From the human T2T-CHM13v2.0 reference genome, Homo sapiens: a stretch of 64,000 bases of DNA. The stretch lies in assembly GCF_009914755.1 (NCBI RefSeq), contig NC_060930.1. One strand, written 5' to 3'. Positions 1 to 13,768 of the stretch are shown here, in pieces (the first letter of the stretch is position 1; each line of letters starts with the position of its first letter). Both the position numbers and the translations under genes were made by a program. The notes beneath the pieces are model-generated. The model ran no database searches and was not told the origin of the DNA. It saw only the letters and a list, made by a program, of their open reading frames with translations.

Positions 1-929
1 AAAAGCAGTAATGAAAAGATTATAAATATAAGTAAATAAAGTAAAAATAAATATAAGTTAAATGGTAGTAACTGAAAGGAGGGGTCAGCCCATCAATTCT
101 GTTGTTCCAGAGGGCAAGAAAACATAAAGGATTTCTGAGTTTAATATATTGACCTATTTTTTTTTAAAAGGTAACTACCAATTATTGAAGGTTTTCTCTG
201 TACAAATCACTCTACTACTTGATTAACAAATAAACTGCAATCCTCACAATTAAACTCAAATTTTGAGAGGAAAGGTAAATGATGTTAGTGAAAAAAACGT
301 GTTCTTTGGATCTCAGTTATGTTATTCATTTGTTTAATGTCCTTAGGCAACCTGAGATTTAATTCTCTCCACTTTCAAATAGGTACACCAGGGAGAAGTA
401 CACCTAATTAACAAGGTAGTATTGAAGATGGAATGACTACGTAAACATATATGAGTCACTCAATAAATAGTAGCTTTTATTTTTGTTATTGTACAATTTC
501 ATCCAGCAGGTAAGTGGTATATGTTGGATTAAAATTCAGGTTTGTCAGATTCAAAATATCGGCATTTTCTACTGTACTATAAAGATCAATTAAATGTTGT
601 TAAAATACATTATGGTATGCCATTATATAATTTATTTGTTAATTCATATCAAATCTTTATGGTAAGTCTAACATTTTAATGGGTATTTTAGATCAGGCAG
701 AAATCAAATTTGAATTATAAATTACCTCTTTGCAATTTCAGTTCTACATATTATAAATCTATGAAATATAAATTCATGTGACAAATAACACAAATATGCA
801 TATAGAAAGATAAAATACAACTTCTACATAATTCAATGTTCTACATAATCATGTCAATTTCAAATATATTAATCACCTTGTTAATTTTATAGATTTAAAT
901 TATCAATCTTGCTAAAGGTTTAAAAAATA

Positions 930-2070
930 ATTCAAACAAGTAAATTTGAGCTCAATCTATGTGCAAGGCAATATGCTCAGTACCAGGATTCATCAATAAT
1001 CAGTTGGAATAGGGTATCAATGGAAGGAATTAAGAACTCAATGAAGGAGACAGATCATTAGACAAGGAACATCATCAAATTGCTATCAACAAAATAGTCT
1101 AACAGTCTGAGACATGTAGCAAGGACATTTAGTCCAATCCAGGAAACAAAATCTAAGCTAAAATGATAAAACGGAATCACCTGGGAAAATTGCCAAAGGA
1201 AAAATGTTCCAGGAGAGAGCATCTACATCTAAAGATTTTGAGGTGAATGTGACACTGGATGCCTTTAAGGAAGTAAGAGAAGTGGAGCTTTCTCATCAAA
1301 GAGGGAAAAGGAATTACAATTAAAGATAAGCACTCCATTTAGGAAGAGATTATATCAAGAAGGAGCAGCCATTCTCAGTAAAGGAGCTCATATTTTATTC
1401 GAGAGCAATGAAGAGCCTCTTGAAGATTTCACATGGATGATTAACAAAATAAATAAATAAATAAATCCTCACTTAACTTTGTCCATAGGTTCTTGGAAAC
1501 TGCGACTTCAAGCAAAACAACATATGACAAAATCAATTTTGTTCTCTCTTCAATGTTTTAATGAAAAGACAGAGAAGGAAAAGATGTTGAGGACCAACAT
1601 GTTGTGTCGTTTTGCTTAAAGTCACAATTTTGAAGAACCTGTCAACTACATTGAGAACTCACTATAATTTAATAGCATTAGTCTAGTTTCAAGGTGAGGA
1701 ACATATTGGTGAGTGCAATTAAAAGAATTGAGACACTTGTGGAGGAGAAAACAACACTAATGTAGTGAAACAATAATGAAGACTAATTAGTACAGAGGCA
1801 ATACAAATATAACACTCGTGAAGTCCATAAATATTGAAATGGTAGAATTACTACATCTCCAAGGCTGTTGGCCTAAAGAAAGAGAAGAAAATCCAGGAAG
1901 ACCAGTTGGAGCAGTAAGACGGCAAGGAAGAGGGGAGAAGTCTGATTCACTTGTGCATACGCTCAGTTTAAGGTCTATCTGAGTGATTTTCTAGCACAAG
2001 TGTTCAGAAATCACAAGAGAGAAAGTGAGGTTTTAGAGAAAGATATGAATCACTAGGCAATATTGAAATA
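930..2070 (-). mobile_element. Degraded L2 LINE fragment, interrupted by MER6B
   Basis: caagtaaatttgagctcaatctatgtgcaaggcaatatgctcagtaccagg resembles the reverse-complement L2 3' end; purine-rich L2-like sequence continues on both sides of 1462-1664. Confidence 0.5.
1462..1664. mobile_element. MER6B-like TcMar-Tigger MITE with long terminal inverted repeats
   Basis: Left end tcctcacttaactttgtccataggttcttggaaactgcgacttcaagcaaaac; right end gttttgcttaaagtcacaattttgaagaacctgtcaactacattgagaactcact is its degenerate reverse complement; ~200 bp. Confidence 0.8.
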
Positions 2071-3698
2071 CTTTTGTACCTGTAAATCACAAATTTACAG
2101 TAGTAGCAACCTGCACAGGTGTATTATTTTCCCAGCAGCTTAGTTGAAAAGGATACACTAAAGATTAAATAGCAAATGAGTTAAACACAGTCACAAATTT
2201 ATTTCCACATGTAAATGCGAGGAAACAAATTACATTTGCATTGAAGCAAAATTAGGCCTATGTGACATTTTTAGACTGACTGCAGATGTGAGCCCACATT
2301 ATTGTGGGGCTAATCCCATGGTTCTTAGAGCACGCTGGGTCTCTAATTATTGTGCATTTATGTTTTCAAAGAGAAAGTGGCTTGATGCATTGCATTTCCA
2401 CCTTGTGAAAATTTAAATAAATGAAAATAGCAGCAAAGGAAAAAAAACACTAACACAAAAACATCTATTAAGTCAATGTATATCTATACATGCTGAATAC
2501 AAAATGCTTTGGATTTTATTGGGAACTAGAGTAATATAAACATTATAAATTTGAAAAAGGTGATGTAATTTTGACCCCAAAGGTATGATGTTATGTGTCT
2601 CAGTTTTTCATTTATAAAGACATTCTTCAAACCCTGTCAAAATAGCAAGCCAAATGGCATTCTCCTCAATTCTAAACACACATATTGATTAAAATCAGGA
2701 AGTAATTTTATCCCAGGTGATATTACTATTAATATCTTATAAATTCTTGGGCCAAGAAGTCCAGAAACCCAGAACTACGATGGAGCCATTGACAGCATTT
2801 CACATAATTACAACCATAACATCACTTGACAGGTTACGTTACCAGAAAAATATTCACAGGAAAATATGTGTAATTTCAGAACTGTATGAACTGTATCACT
2901 TTTATAGTAGCTTTGTAGTTAGGTTATTCTAACAAATAAAGTCCAGCTTAAATTCAGTAGTTAAGAAAACATGAACAATATTTCTTCTTTCACAAACAGC
3001 TGTCATCTTAAATTACATCTTTTAAAAAAACAAGGTAATAAGTTTAAACAAATAAGTTTTATATAAGCCAAAAAATAATTTGAATAGAACATGCTCATTA
3101 TAATAGTTGGCATATAATAGGCATTCAATTAAAGATAGTTGAGTAGAGATTGGAGATGATGGATGTAATTTATTTCTATTTGCACTCAATAGACAATATT
3201 ATGAACTGTGGAAGCCTTTAATAAGCTTGTAGTTGATTCTACATACCTGATATTTTTCATGTTTCACTTCTTTAAGAAGTATGACCTCCACAATAAGCAG
3301 CTTTTTATTTGTATAAATTATACATTGTACTTTCAAAACATATACAAAGAGGAAAATTAGAAATAGAAGAGATAAAATTAACAGATACAAAAGTTCTCAT
3401 AATTTATGCCTGTGCTCTAGAAAGTAAGCAACAAATTTTACCTACCACAGATTGGACTAAAATTATAGGAGTGAAAATGTGTGTTTCAGAAATGCTACCA
3501 GCAGTGTGAATGATGAACATTTTAGCAAGGATACTAGAAAAGGGAAAAAAATGGTAAATTTTAAAATAAAACTGAGAGTACTAGAGAAGAGACAGCAGAT
3601 TTATTCATATTTTTTAAGGGAGTAGTGACTGACTTTATCGATTATGCTCCTACTATTGGGAGACACCGGTCCTTCTTTAGTACACTGTCTTGATTATG

Positions 3699-3920
3699 AC
3701 AATGATCCTGTGAGGTACATAGTCATGGCCCCATTTTAAAAATGAGAAAACTTAAGTCACCATAGTGTCCAAAGAAATAAGAATAAAAAGAGTAAAAAAT
3801 AAAAAATAAAATGAGAAAACTGAAGCACAGAAAGATTAAGGACTTGCCCAAGCTCACACAATCAATAAGCAGTGGTGCATGTATTGACCTGACTCCAAAA
3901 CACATGTTCTCAGTCACATT
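3699..3920 (-). mobile_element. MIR SINE interrupted by a 55-bp insertion
   Basis: ccccattttaaaaatgagaaaact...gaagcacagaaagattaagggacttgcccaagctcacac matches the MIR core in reverse orientation. Confidence 0.8.
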
Positions 3921-5954
3921 TACCATCTCATACACAAATGCACACACCCAGTTAGGCTTCTGAGGCAAAGGAGGCAGGTAATTTAGGAGAAAGAATATTC
4001 ACAACATGATTGCCAATAAGGCATAGGATTAAACAAAGCGGCTGAGGCAAAAGATGATAAACAATCCTGGAGAACAATAATATTCAAGAGACAAGTGAAA
4101 GAAGGTATCTCAAATTATCCTTGCATTTTGTTAAGAAAAACAAAGAAAAGGGTTTTCAGAATTTTTAGAGTTGGCACTTTTATAAATTATGAAGTGAGTT
4201 TTCTATATTTCATTATCATAATGGTGGTAAACTCAGTAACTGGTCAGTTGATGCTATAAGCGCAGGTAGATTTGAGTGGTATGGTGGGATTATGGGAGAG
4301 AAAAATCAAATTCAAAAAATCTTTGAAAAAATTGTCTATGGAAGAAGAGTAATTAAGTAAACAAGTTGCCAAAATAGAGTTAAAATCTCATTTACTACAT
4401 CAACTTCTTCATAAAGCTGTGTTTAAACTCAGATCTCTAGCTTGAGCACCACTCTACAAGTGCCTTCACATTATAGTATCCTTTTTGAAGAAGAAATAAT
4501 AGGCAGAAATGTACCTTCATTCAATTCCCTCTTATTTCTCTCTCCCAGGTTTATATAATCCTAAAGTAAATAAACGGTCAGGAATGAAGTGATTGTAGGG
4601 AATGTGCAAGGGTCAGTGATGTCAGGAGGTAGAAAGAGCCACAAGACTGTCACAGATGAGCTGAAGAATGAAGTGCATTGTGGATTACGCTTGGGGGTGG
4701 GGGAAAGTCAGAACTTTTTGTTTTGCTCATCACTCAGCTACTTACAAATGTATAATTTTATAATGCTTTTTAACATGCTTAAATGTTTAGGGATTAAATT
4801 TAATATGTCAGTATTTTAAAAATATTTTCCTTTTTAATCCACACACTCTATGAGTAGGCCTCAGAAATTTTAAATAGCTGTATTAAAGAGTACTTATTAG
4901 AAACAGTTTGTCTTCTGTGAAGTGAAATCGGTTTTCTGTAAGTAATCTAGAATGGAAAATAATTGACAATAGTATCACTATATCTGTGAATGTCCATGTA
5001 TACATGTGCGTTTGTCTGTGTGTGGGAGAAGGGAGGTGTATGCAGCCTTCATCTCAATTTGAGTCATCACAGCATATTGGTATTGTTAGTTATTTCTCTT
5101 TTGTAGATGATTAAAATGAGAATGTAAATGATTACATTGAGGTTTCATTATTCAACTCTTTTAAGATCATATTTCCTATCTCTTAACAGAGATAATATAT
5201 TTTTTCTAGAATATTTTATATTTTAATAAGGAAAAACTACATTTAAGAAAAACACCTAAATTATCGTTGCCATTATACAGTTGGTCTATAGTATATGGAT
5301 TAAAAGTGGTAAAGGAAATGGAAAGAAACATCAATATATTGTAACTGGAGTAAAGAATGACACTTGGTAACTCACTGATTATAGAGTATAAAAGATTTAC
5401 CATTCAAGATATCATTTCAATTTCAATTATAAATTTTGTATTAACATTTCTTTAGCTTGTGGTTAAATTTTTATCAAAATATATAATTCCATATATGACA
5501 TTATAAAAAAGTATAGAGATTATTGTTGACATATTAAAATATGCTGTAAGAAATTAGTTTTTTTGAAACACTTTAAGCTTGCCTTAAAAAATATTATCTA
5601 GACAACTTTGCCGTTATCTAGAGGGTGAAAATATTATTATTAAACAGAAATGGATGAGACCATAGCATCATACATTTACCAACAGCATTATTTGCTTTTA
5701 AAAAACAGAGCTGGTTTTATAAAATAAGATTTTAAATAAATTATGCCTTATTTTGTACTTCCTTTTCCTTTCTCCACATATGGTCTTATAGATTATTGAT
5801 TTTTTAAAAAATATAAGTATAACTTATTTTCCATTGTCTATGTTTTAGCTTTCATGAAAAAAGGTTCTCTGTTTAAACATTGACCTGTCATTGAAATTAA
5901 GATAGCTTAAGTATATAAAAGTCAAAGGCTATATGCGACTTATAGACAAAAATG

Positions 5955-6143
5955 TTTTGCTTCCATGTTCTGACAATTATGAATAAAGCTGCTATAAAGA
6001 GCATAAGGATGTCTTACAAAACAAAACATACTCTTACCATGTGATCCAATAATCATACTCAACTCACACAAATCATACTTTGGGTATTAACTCAAAGAAG
6101 TTGAAAAATTACATCCCAGAAAATCCTGCACATGGATCTTTAT
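5955..6143. mobile_element. Old L1M ORF2-end fragment with an inverted segment
   Basis: 5955-5998 is minus-strand L1 (caattatgaataaagctgctataaa); 6011-6143 is the adjacent L1 sequence in plus orientation (aacatactcttaccatgtgatcc...cctgcacatggatctttat). Confidence 0.7.
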
Positions 6144-9100
6144 TATATTAACTTTTTAAATACATATTTTGTTAAAAAAATTTAGTAGAGTTTTAAATTT
6201 ACAAAGTTATTAGGAAGAGAGTGCCGAATGTTCTCATGTGTACCATATTGTCCAGTTTCTATGATTTTTAATGTTTCATATTAGTATAACACATTTGTCA
6301 CAATTAATGAATTAATATTAGTATATTAACTAATGAATTTTACTTAATGTCAATGCTTTATTCAGACTTTTTCATTTTTTACATTATGTTCCCTTTTCTT
6401 TTCTAGGATCCTATTCAGGCTACTACATTACATATAGTAGTCATATCTTCTTAGGCTCTTCCTGGTTGTTACTTGCCTTGTTTTGATGACCTTGAGATTT
6501 TTTTAGGACTATTGGTTAAGTATTTGTAGAAAACCCTGCAGTTATGATTCATCTGATTTCTTTTCCATTGTTGTACAAAAGTAATATGTACTGGGGAGAA
6601 AGGCCACAGAAGTAAAATCTTCTTTAAGAAGTGAAGCAGTAAAATGTCATTTTCATCACATCATATGGTATATAAGTAGTCACCATTAATGTTAACCTTG
6701 ATCACCTGTCTTGAGGTAGTATTTGTCAAGTTTCACCACCACTCTTTTAACCCTGCCTCCATTGCCATACTAATTCTTTGGAATGTAATAAACTATACTT
6801 AGTTTTGGAAGAAACCATTAAACTGTTTTCCAAAGTGGTGGTACCATGATTTTTAAAAAATGTTTACCAGCAATTAATCAGGAGTTATTATTACTTTGCA
6901 TCTTTGCCAGCAGTAGCAGTGAGTTCTTTGGATTTTAGCCATTTAAATAGGTATTTACTGGTATCTCATTGTTGCTTGCTTAAATTTCTAATGACAAATG
7001 ATGTTGAACACCTTTTTATATGTTTATTTACCATCTGTATATTTTGGGGGTTGAATTGTCTATTCAGATCTTATGCACGTTTAATTAGTTCTTTGTTTTA
7101 TTATTATTGAGTTTTAAGAATCCTTTTACATTTGGATAAAAATCCTTTATCAGATATGTGTTTTGCCAATATTTCTCCAAGTAGTTATTTTTGTTCTCTT
7201 AACAGTGTCACTTCAGAGCAGATTTTACTTTTAAAAAAGTCCAAATTTCCATTTTCTGTCATGAATTATGCTTTCGGTGTTGTATCAAAAAATGTATTGC
7301 CAAGCCCAGGGTCATCTACATTTTATCCTATGTTTTCTCCTAGAAATTTTGTAGTTAAGTGTTTTACATTTAGGTATGTAATTCATTTTGATCAAATTTT
7401 TGTGAAGAGTGTAAGTTGTAAATTCAATGCCTATGTTCATTTTATTTGCATATGAATATCAAATTCTTCCAAAACCAATTAATAAGAAGACTATACTTTT
7501 GGCTTTGAATTACATTTGATTATTTATCACAAATTAGTTGACTACATTTGTGTGGGTCTATGTTTGGACTATCTATTCTGTTCCATTGATCTACATGCTT
7601 GTTCTTTTGTCAATACCAGGCTACCTTGATTATTGTTGCTTAATGGTTAAGTGTTGAAATAAGGCAGAGTGTATTCTCCAACCTTATTTTCTTCAGTAAT
7701 TTGGTGGTTATTCTAGTTTTTTGCCTTACCATAAAAACTCTATAACCAGGGTGCCAATTTTGGCAAAATAGCTTGATGTAATTTTGATTGGGATTGTACT
7801 GAATCTATGGATCAAACAGGTAAGAAGAGCCTTAATTATATTGAGGCTCCCAATCAATGAACATGAAATCTCTTTCTATTTATTTATAATATTCATTTAG
7901 GTTTTTATCAGAGTTTAGTTTTCCACATATAGGTCAGTACATAGTTTTGTAGGTATATACCCAATTATTTATTTATTTTGGATACTATTACAAATGGTAT
8001 TATTTTTCCTTTAAATATTAGTTGTTCATTGCTGTTACAGGGGAAAGCAGTTGACTTTGTATACAGTATTAAATTTTATCCTGGACCCATGCTATACTGA
8101 CTTATTTAAGGCATTTTTTAATATTTGGGAATACAGACCATTTTATGTCTTTCTTATTAGTCTGCATATATTTTCATGCTTTTATTTTCTAATTGTACTA
8201 GCTAGAATTTCCTAGTGTTGAATAGCAGTGATGAGAGGACATTCTTGCCTTGTTCCAGACCTTTGGAGGAAAGTATCCATTTTTCTACACGAATTAGCAT
8301 AACTGTAGGATTTTACAGATGTTCTTTACTAAATTGCTGTTTTTCTCCTCTATTTTTGGCCTTCTGAGAGTTTTCATCCAGATTAGTTGTTAAATTTTGT
8401 AAAATATTTTTTCTGTGTCAGTTTATATAATTATAAAAAATTTTTCCTTTAGAGTATCGATATGGTAGATTACAATGATTAATTTTAAAATGGAGACCTA
8501 ACTTTGCACTGTGGAATAAATTACTGTTTATTTATTTCTATAATAAATAAAAAAATTATTATTCTTTTTACTTATTGTTGGATTCAAGTTTAAATATTTG
8601 TTGAGAATGTTGTGTCTATGTTCATGAGAGTTATTAGTCTATAGTTTTCCTTTATTTTAATACATTTGTCTACTTTTGGAATTAGGGTAATGCTAGCCTC
8701 AGGAAATGACTTAGGAAGTGTTCCATCTGCTTCTATTTTACTGGAAGAGGTTATGAAGAATTGGCATCATTTCTTTCTTTCACATTTGATAGAATTTACC
8801 AGTGAATTAATCTGAGGTGACTTCTTTTATGAAAGAGTATTAGTTATTGATTCAATTTCTTTAATATATGTAGGCCTATTCAGATGATCTTTTCTTGCAT
8901 GAGTATTGATAGTTTGTGTCACTCAAGAAATTTGTCTATTTTATCAACATTTTCAAATATTGAGACAGAAAATTGTTTTTAGTATCCTTTTATATATCCT
9001 CTTAATGCCCATAGGAACAATAATGGCAATCCCTGTTTGATTTATTATATTAATAACTTGTGTCCTCTCTCTCTTTTCTCCCTTGATTAGCCTGACTAGA

Positions 9101-10229
9101 GTCTTTACCAATTTTATTAATATTTTCAAATAATAACTTTTGTATTAGTTTATTTTCTTTATTGTTTTTCTATTTTTAATCTTACTGAGCTCTATTCTAA
9201 TTTTAATTATTTCTCTTCTTTTGCTTAGTTTGGCTGTTATTTCTCTAGCTTCTTAAAGTAGAAGCTTAAGTTATTGATTATAGATTTTACTTTCTAATAT
9301 ATGCATTTAATGTTATACGTTTGTCTCTGTGCACTGCTTTTTCTGGATCTCACATGGTTTGACCAGTTATAGTTTCATTTTCATTTAGTTCAAAATATTT
9401 TTTAAGTTTCTCTTCAGACTTCTTTGACCAATGTGTTATTCAAAGTACACTGTTAAATTTCAAATAATTTGACATTTCTTCAACTATCTTTCTTTTACTG
9501 AATCCTACTTTTATTCCACGTGGCATGGGGATATATGTTTTATGATTTCATTTTGTCTTCATGTGCTCAGGTGTGTTTTATAGTCTAGAATGTGTGCTAT
9601 CTTGCTAAATGTTCTACACAGTCTCAAAAGAATTCCTCCTGCTGTTGGATAGACTATAATTGCCAATTATATCAAGCTGTTTTATAGTGCTGACTGGTCA
9701 AGCATATCTTTATGAGGTTTCTGCCTGCTTGGCTTATCAGTTACAAATAGGGGTATTTAATGTATCCAACCGTAATGGTGGGTTTTCTCTTATTCCTGTC
9801 TGTTTTATCACTTGTCTAACATATTTTGGCATAACGTTGCTAGGTGCATGCACATATAGGATTGTTATGTCTGTTTGCAGAATTGATTCCCTGAAGACCG
9901 CTTTATCTGAAATTACTTGAGCTACTGAAGATTTCTTTTGATTAGTGGGAGCATAATATATCTTTTCTCGTCTCTTTTAACCTACCTGAGTCTTTATATT
10001 TAAAGCGTTTCTTGTAAATAGATTATAGGTGGGTCTTGTTTATTTGTTTTTCTCCACTCTGATAAGCAATTTTTTTGTAACTGTATTTCACTGATTTCCA
10101 TATTCCTCTTTCTATGTGCTCTGGTTTTAGTTGGGTACTTTACATGATTATTTTTATCTTCTCTTTTAGAGCACCAATTACACTTCTTTTAATGATTGTA
10201 TTGATTGTCCTGAGGTTTACAATATCCTT

Positions 10230-10534
10230 CCTTCCTTTCTTTTTTTTTTTTTTTTTTTTTTTGGCAGAGTCTTGCTGTTGCCAAGGCTAAAGTGCAATAG
10301 TTTGGTCATAGCTCACTGTAACCTTGATCTCCTCGACTCAAGCAATCCTCTACCTCAGCCTCCTGAGTAGCTGGGTCTACCAGCACATGTCACCAGACCA
10401 GACTATGAATTTTTTTTTTTTTGAGACAAAATCTTGCTATGTTGCCCAGGTCTTGAACTCCTGCCTTCAAATGATTCTCTTACCTCAGCTTCACAAAGTG
10501 CTGGGATTACAGGCATGAGCCATCACACCCAGTC
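10230..10534 (-). mobile_element. AluJ-type SINE
   Basis: Dimeric Alu with poly(T) at left; 11-bp TSD ACAATATCCTT at 10219-10229 and 10535-10545. Confidence 0.95.
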
Positions 10535-12153
10535 ACAATATCCTTTTTTAACTAATTTAATTTGATTTTTAAATAACAGTATTCTGCTTCATGTGTAGCA
10601 CCTGTACCTTGTAACAGAATATTCCTAATTTATCTCTCCTGATCTTTCTGACATGACTGTTATTTCACCTATCCATAGGCTACAATCACCCAATATATGG
10701 TTATCAGGTTATCATTATTACTTTGAAGTTATTTCTATAACTATTAATAAGGAAAAGAAGGCATTTTGTTTTATCTTTATTTATTCCTTCTCTGTCTTCC
10801 TTTCCTCATGTAGATCTGAGTTTCTGACCTATATTATTTCACTCTCCCTTTTTCAATATCGTTTGCATGACATGTCTGCCTTCATTAAAATCTCTCAGAT
10901 TTTGTTAGTCTGAGAAAGTTTTTACTTCTTCACTTTTAAAGTATCATTTTACTAGGTATAGAATTCTAGGTTAGTGGGCTTTTTCTCTTGAAAGGTATAT
11001 CATTGCACTCTTCTCATTTGTATAGTTTCTGATAAGAGGTGGGCTGTAATTCTGATCCTTGTTCCTGTATAGAAAAAGTGTTTTTTTAATCCCTCTGGCT
11101 TTAAGATTTTTCCTTTGTCTTTCATTTTCTGCAGTTTGCATATGACATGCCTAGAGAAATTTTTTTGTTTTGTTTTTATCTTTATAGTTTATTTAGCTTA
11201 GTGTTCTCTCAACTTCCAGGACATGAGAATCATTTGTCACTCATTTTGGAAAGTTTTCAGCCATTATTTTTTCAAATATTTTTTCAGCTCTGTTCTCTTT
11301 CTTCTCCTTCTAATATTACAATAACACATAATACACTTTTTGAAATTGTCCCACAGTACTTAGATACTCTGCTGTGATTTTATTTTATTTTATTTTTCCT
11401 CTTTGAGTTTTAGTTTGGGAAATTTCTGTTGATATATTTTCAAGCCCACTGATCTTTCCTTAGCTTTCTACCTATGTCCATTCTCTAATGAACCTATCAA
11501 TGGTGTTTATTTCTATTATGGTATTTTTTATTTCTAGCATTTTCTTTCAGTTCTTTCTTAGAGTCTCCATCTCCCTGTTTACTCATTTGTTCTTGCATTG
11601 TCTTCCTTTTTTATTAGATCTCTTAACATATTATTCATAGGTATTTTAAATTATCTATGTGGTATTTACAACATCCTCGTGATGTATGAATTTGGTTCTG
11701 ATGATTACTTTGTCTCTTCAGATTATTCTTTCTTTCCTTTAGGTATGCCTTGCAAATTTTTGTTGAAATTCAAGCATACTGTATCGGGTAATAGGAACAG
11801 AGATGAACAGGCCTCTAATGTGGAGATCTCTGTCAATGTGGTTGGGCTTTGGCTTTATTTAGAGTTTGCTGTACCTAAAGGTGCCTAAGACTTGATTTCA
11901 AATTCCTTTAGTGTCTGGTTTTGTTGTCCCTTTTGCTTTGGACTTTCCTAAGTACTCATCTACAGAGAATGTCTATGATTTGCAGCTTTCAACTATTGTC
12001 TTTTATGGTACTGAGGCTCTGTTGGTTTGATGGTAACGTATAAGAGAGGGAAATGATATAATCTATGATCTATGGTCTATGATCCTCCAGTTAAATCTCA
12101 GTCTTTTCTTGGGTCTGTGTCTCTAGCCTGTAGCCTTAAGAAATGTTTCTTCT

Positions 12154-12442
12154 GCCAGGAGTGGTGGCTCACACCTGTAATCCCAGCACTTTGGGAGGCC
12201 TAGACGGGCAGATCACGAGGTCAGGAGATCGAGACCATCCTGGCTAACATGGTGAAACCCCATCTCTACTAAAAAATATAAAAAATTAGCTGGGCGTGGT
12301 GGCAGGCGCCTGTAGTCCCAGCTAGTCAGGAGGCTGAGGCAAGGGAATGATGTGAACCTGGGAGGCAGAGCCGAGATCACGCCACTGCACTCCAGCCTGG
12401 GTGACAGAGCAAGACTCCATCTCAAAAAAAAAAAAAAAAAGA
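12154..12442 (+). mobile_element. AluY-type SINE with ~11-bp right-arm deletion
   Basis: gatcacgaggtcaggagatcgagaccatcctggctaac; poly(A); 16-bp TSD AAGAAATGTTTCTTCT at 12138-12153 and 12443-12458. Confidence 0.95.
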
Positions 12443-12993
12443 AAGAAATGTTTCTTCTTATATGAATTTCCCATTTTCATTGAGATAGAAAGTATACAGG
12501 GGGCTAGAGTATGACAAATACCCTTGCTAACAGTCCTGGCATGACTCTGGCCAAACTCTTCCTCACTGGAGAGTAGGCCTTTGTTAGAAAGAAGATCTGG
12601 GTTCATTTAAAAAGGATAACTCTTCCCCTCCCCACTCCCTGGATCCCACAGAATCATTCTCAGATCTTTACAGTGAGAACGTGGAGAAAAATCCTGGAGG
12701 AAAAGCCTCTGAAAGTGTGGGGACCTACCTAAGACTGCAGTGTAGCTCCGGGGAGATTCTCCCTCACACAAATCACATGAATACATAAAGTGTATTTTGT
12801 TAGATGACTCAGGACCCAGAGGTACCCAATGAGTAAATTGGAGATGAAAATAAACATAACATAAGAGGAGTAACGTACTATAAACAGAAAGAACATACAT
12901 CTTCCTTTCGTTGATTGGATGACAGAAGAATGCCAGAAAGGAAGCAGAGCCTCTGCAGGAGCTACAGACTGACAGCTCATAACAGATTCTCCT

Positions 12994-13054
12994 TAGAGAA
13001 TTTAAGATGGTTGATGTGGAATCTAGACAATTTAAGATGGTTGGTGTAGAATTC
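12994..13054. repeat. Imperfect 30-bp tandem duplication
   Basis: tagagaatttaagatggttgatgtggaatc / tagacaatttaagatggttggtgtagaattc. Confidence 0.85.
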
Positions 13055-13059
13055 TAGCT

Positions 13060-13490
13060 TTTCTCTAAGATTTTTTTCATCATAAATGGTTTATATTACA
13101 CATTCCCATCAGCAGTTTTTGAGGGTTCCAGTTACTCTGTATCATCTCCAATACTTGGTATGGGTGGTCTTTTTAACTTTTGCTAAACTAAAATATTTTA
13201 TTGTGGTTTAATTTAATTATCAATTATGTCAAACATCTTTTTAATCCTTGTTTGCCACCTTCATATCTTCTTTGGTAAAATAACTGTTCAAACATATTGC
13301 CTACTGTTATTTGGGTTTTTTGTTTTTGTATTACTGAGTGTTTAGAGTGCTTTAAACATTCTAGATGAAAACTCTATGCTAGGCATATGACTTGCAAATA
13401 TTTCCTAACAATCTGTGGATTAAATTTTCATTTTCTGATGAAGTAGCTCTTAAGATTTTCATTTGATAATGTCCAATTAATAATTTTTCT
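13060..13490 (-). mobile_element. Old L1M ORF2 fragment
   Basis: acattcccatcagcag...gggttccagttactctgtatcatctccaatacttggta...ttgcaaatatttcct: antisense L1 ORF2 motifs. Confidence 0.7.
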
Positions 13491-13768
13491 CAGTACTTTC
13501 AAACTTAAATGTAAACCTCCTGTCAATATGGTGAAATACAGCAAGCAATTCCTTTCTGTTTACTTGTTTGTTTCCCCACTGTAGACTCCCACCTTGGAAT
13601 GCTGCAATGTGAAGTGACTTCTTCTAGATGTTAACTCAGCTGTACTTCTGAAACCTCCTATCAGCATCATTCTGCCTATTACTATTGCCTCACTTCTCTG
13701 TTGGATCCTTGTTTCCTGGACCACACATATTATTGTTATAATCTCTCTTTTTGCTGGAGAAAATTTTC

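Larger units (their letters stand above)
6144..12780 (-). mobile_element. Long decayed L1M (L1MC/L1MD-type) relic: 3'UTR, ORF2 and 5' region, interrupted by two Alus
   Basis: T-rich antisense L1 motifs throughout (aaactgttttccaaagtgg, ggtatctcattgttg, tgtgtgggtctatgtttggact, ctattctgttccattgatcta, tagggtaatgctagcctca, gaattctaggttagt); no intact ORF; may be more than one insertion. Confidence 0.8.

Noticed and set aside
4530-5145. Plus-strand splice acceptors (tctctctcccag at ~4548; tctcttttgtag at ~5106) as coding exons
   Set aside because: No strong matching donors or recognisable reading frame; such motifs are expected by chance in T-rich DNA
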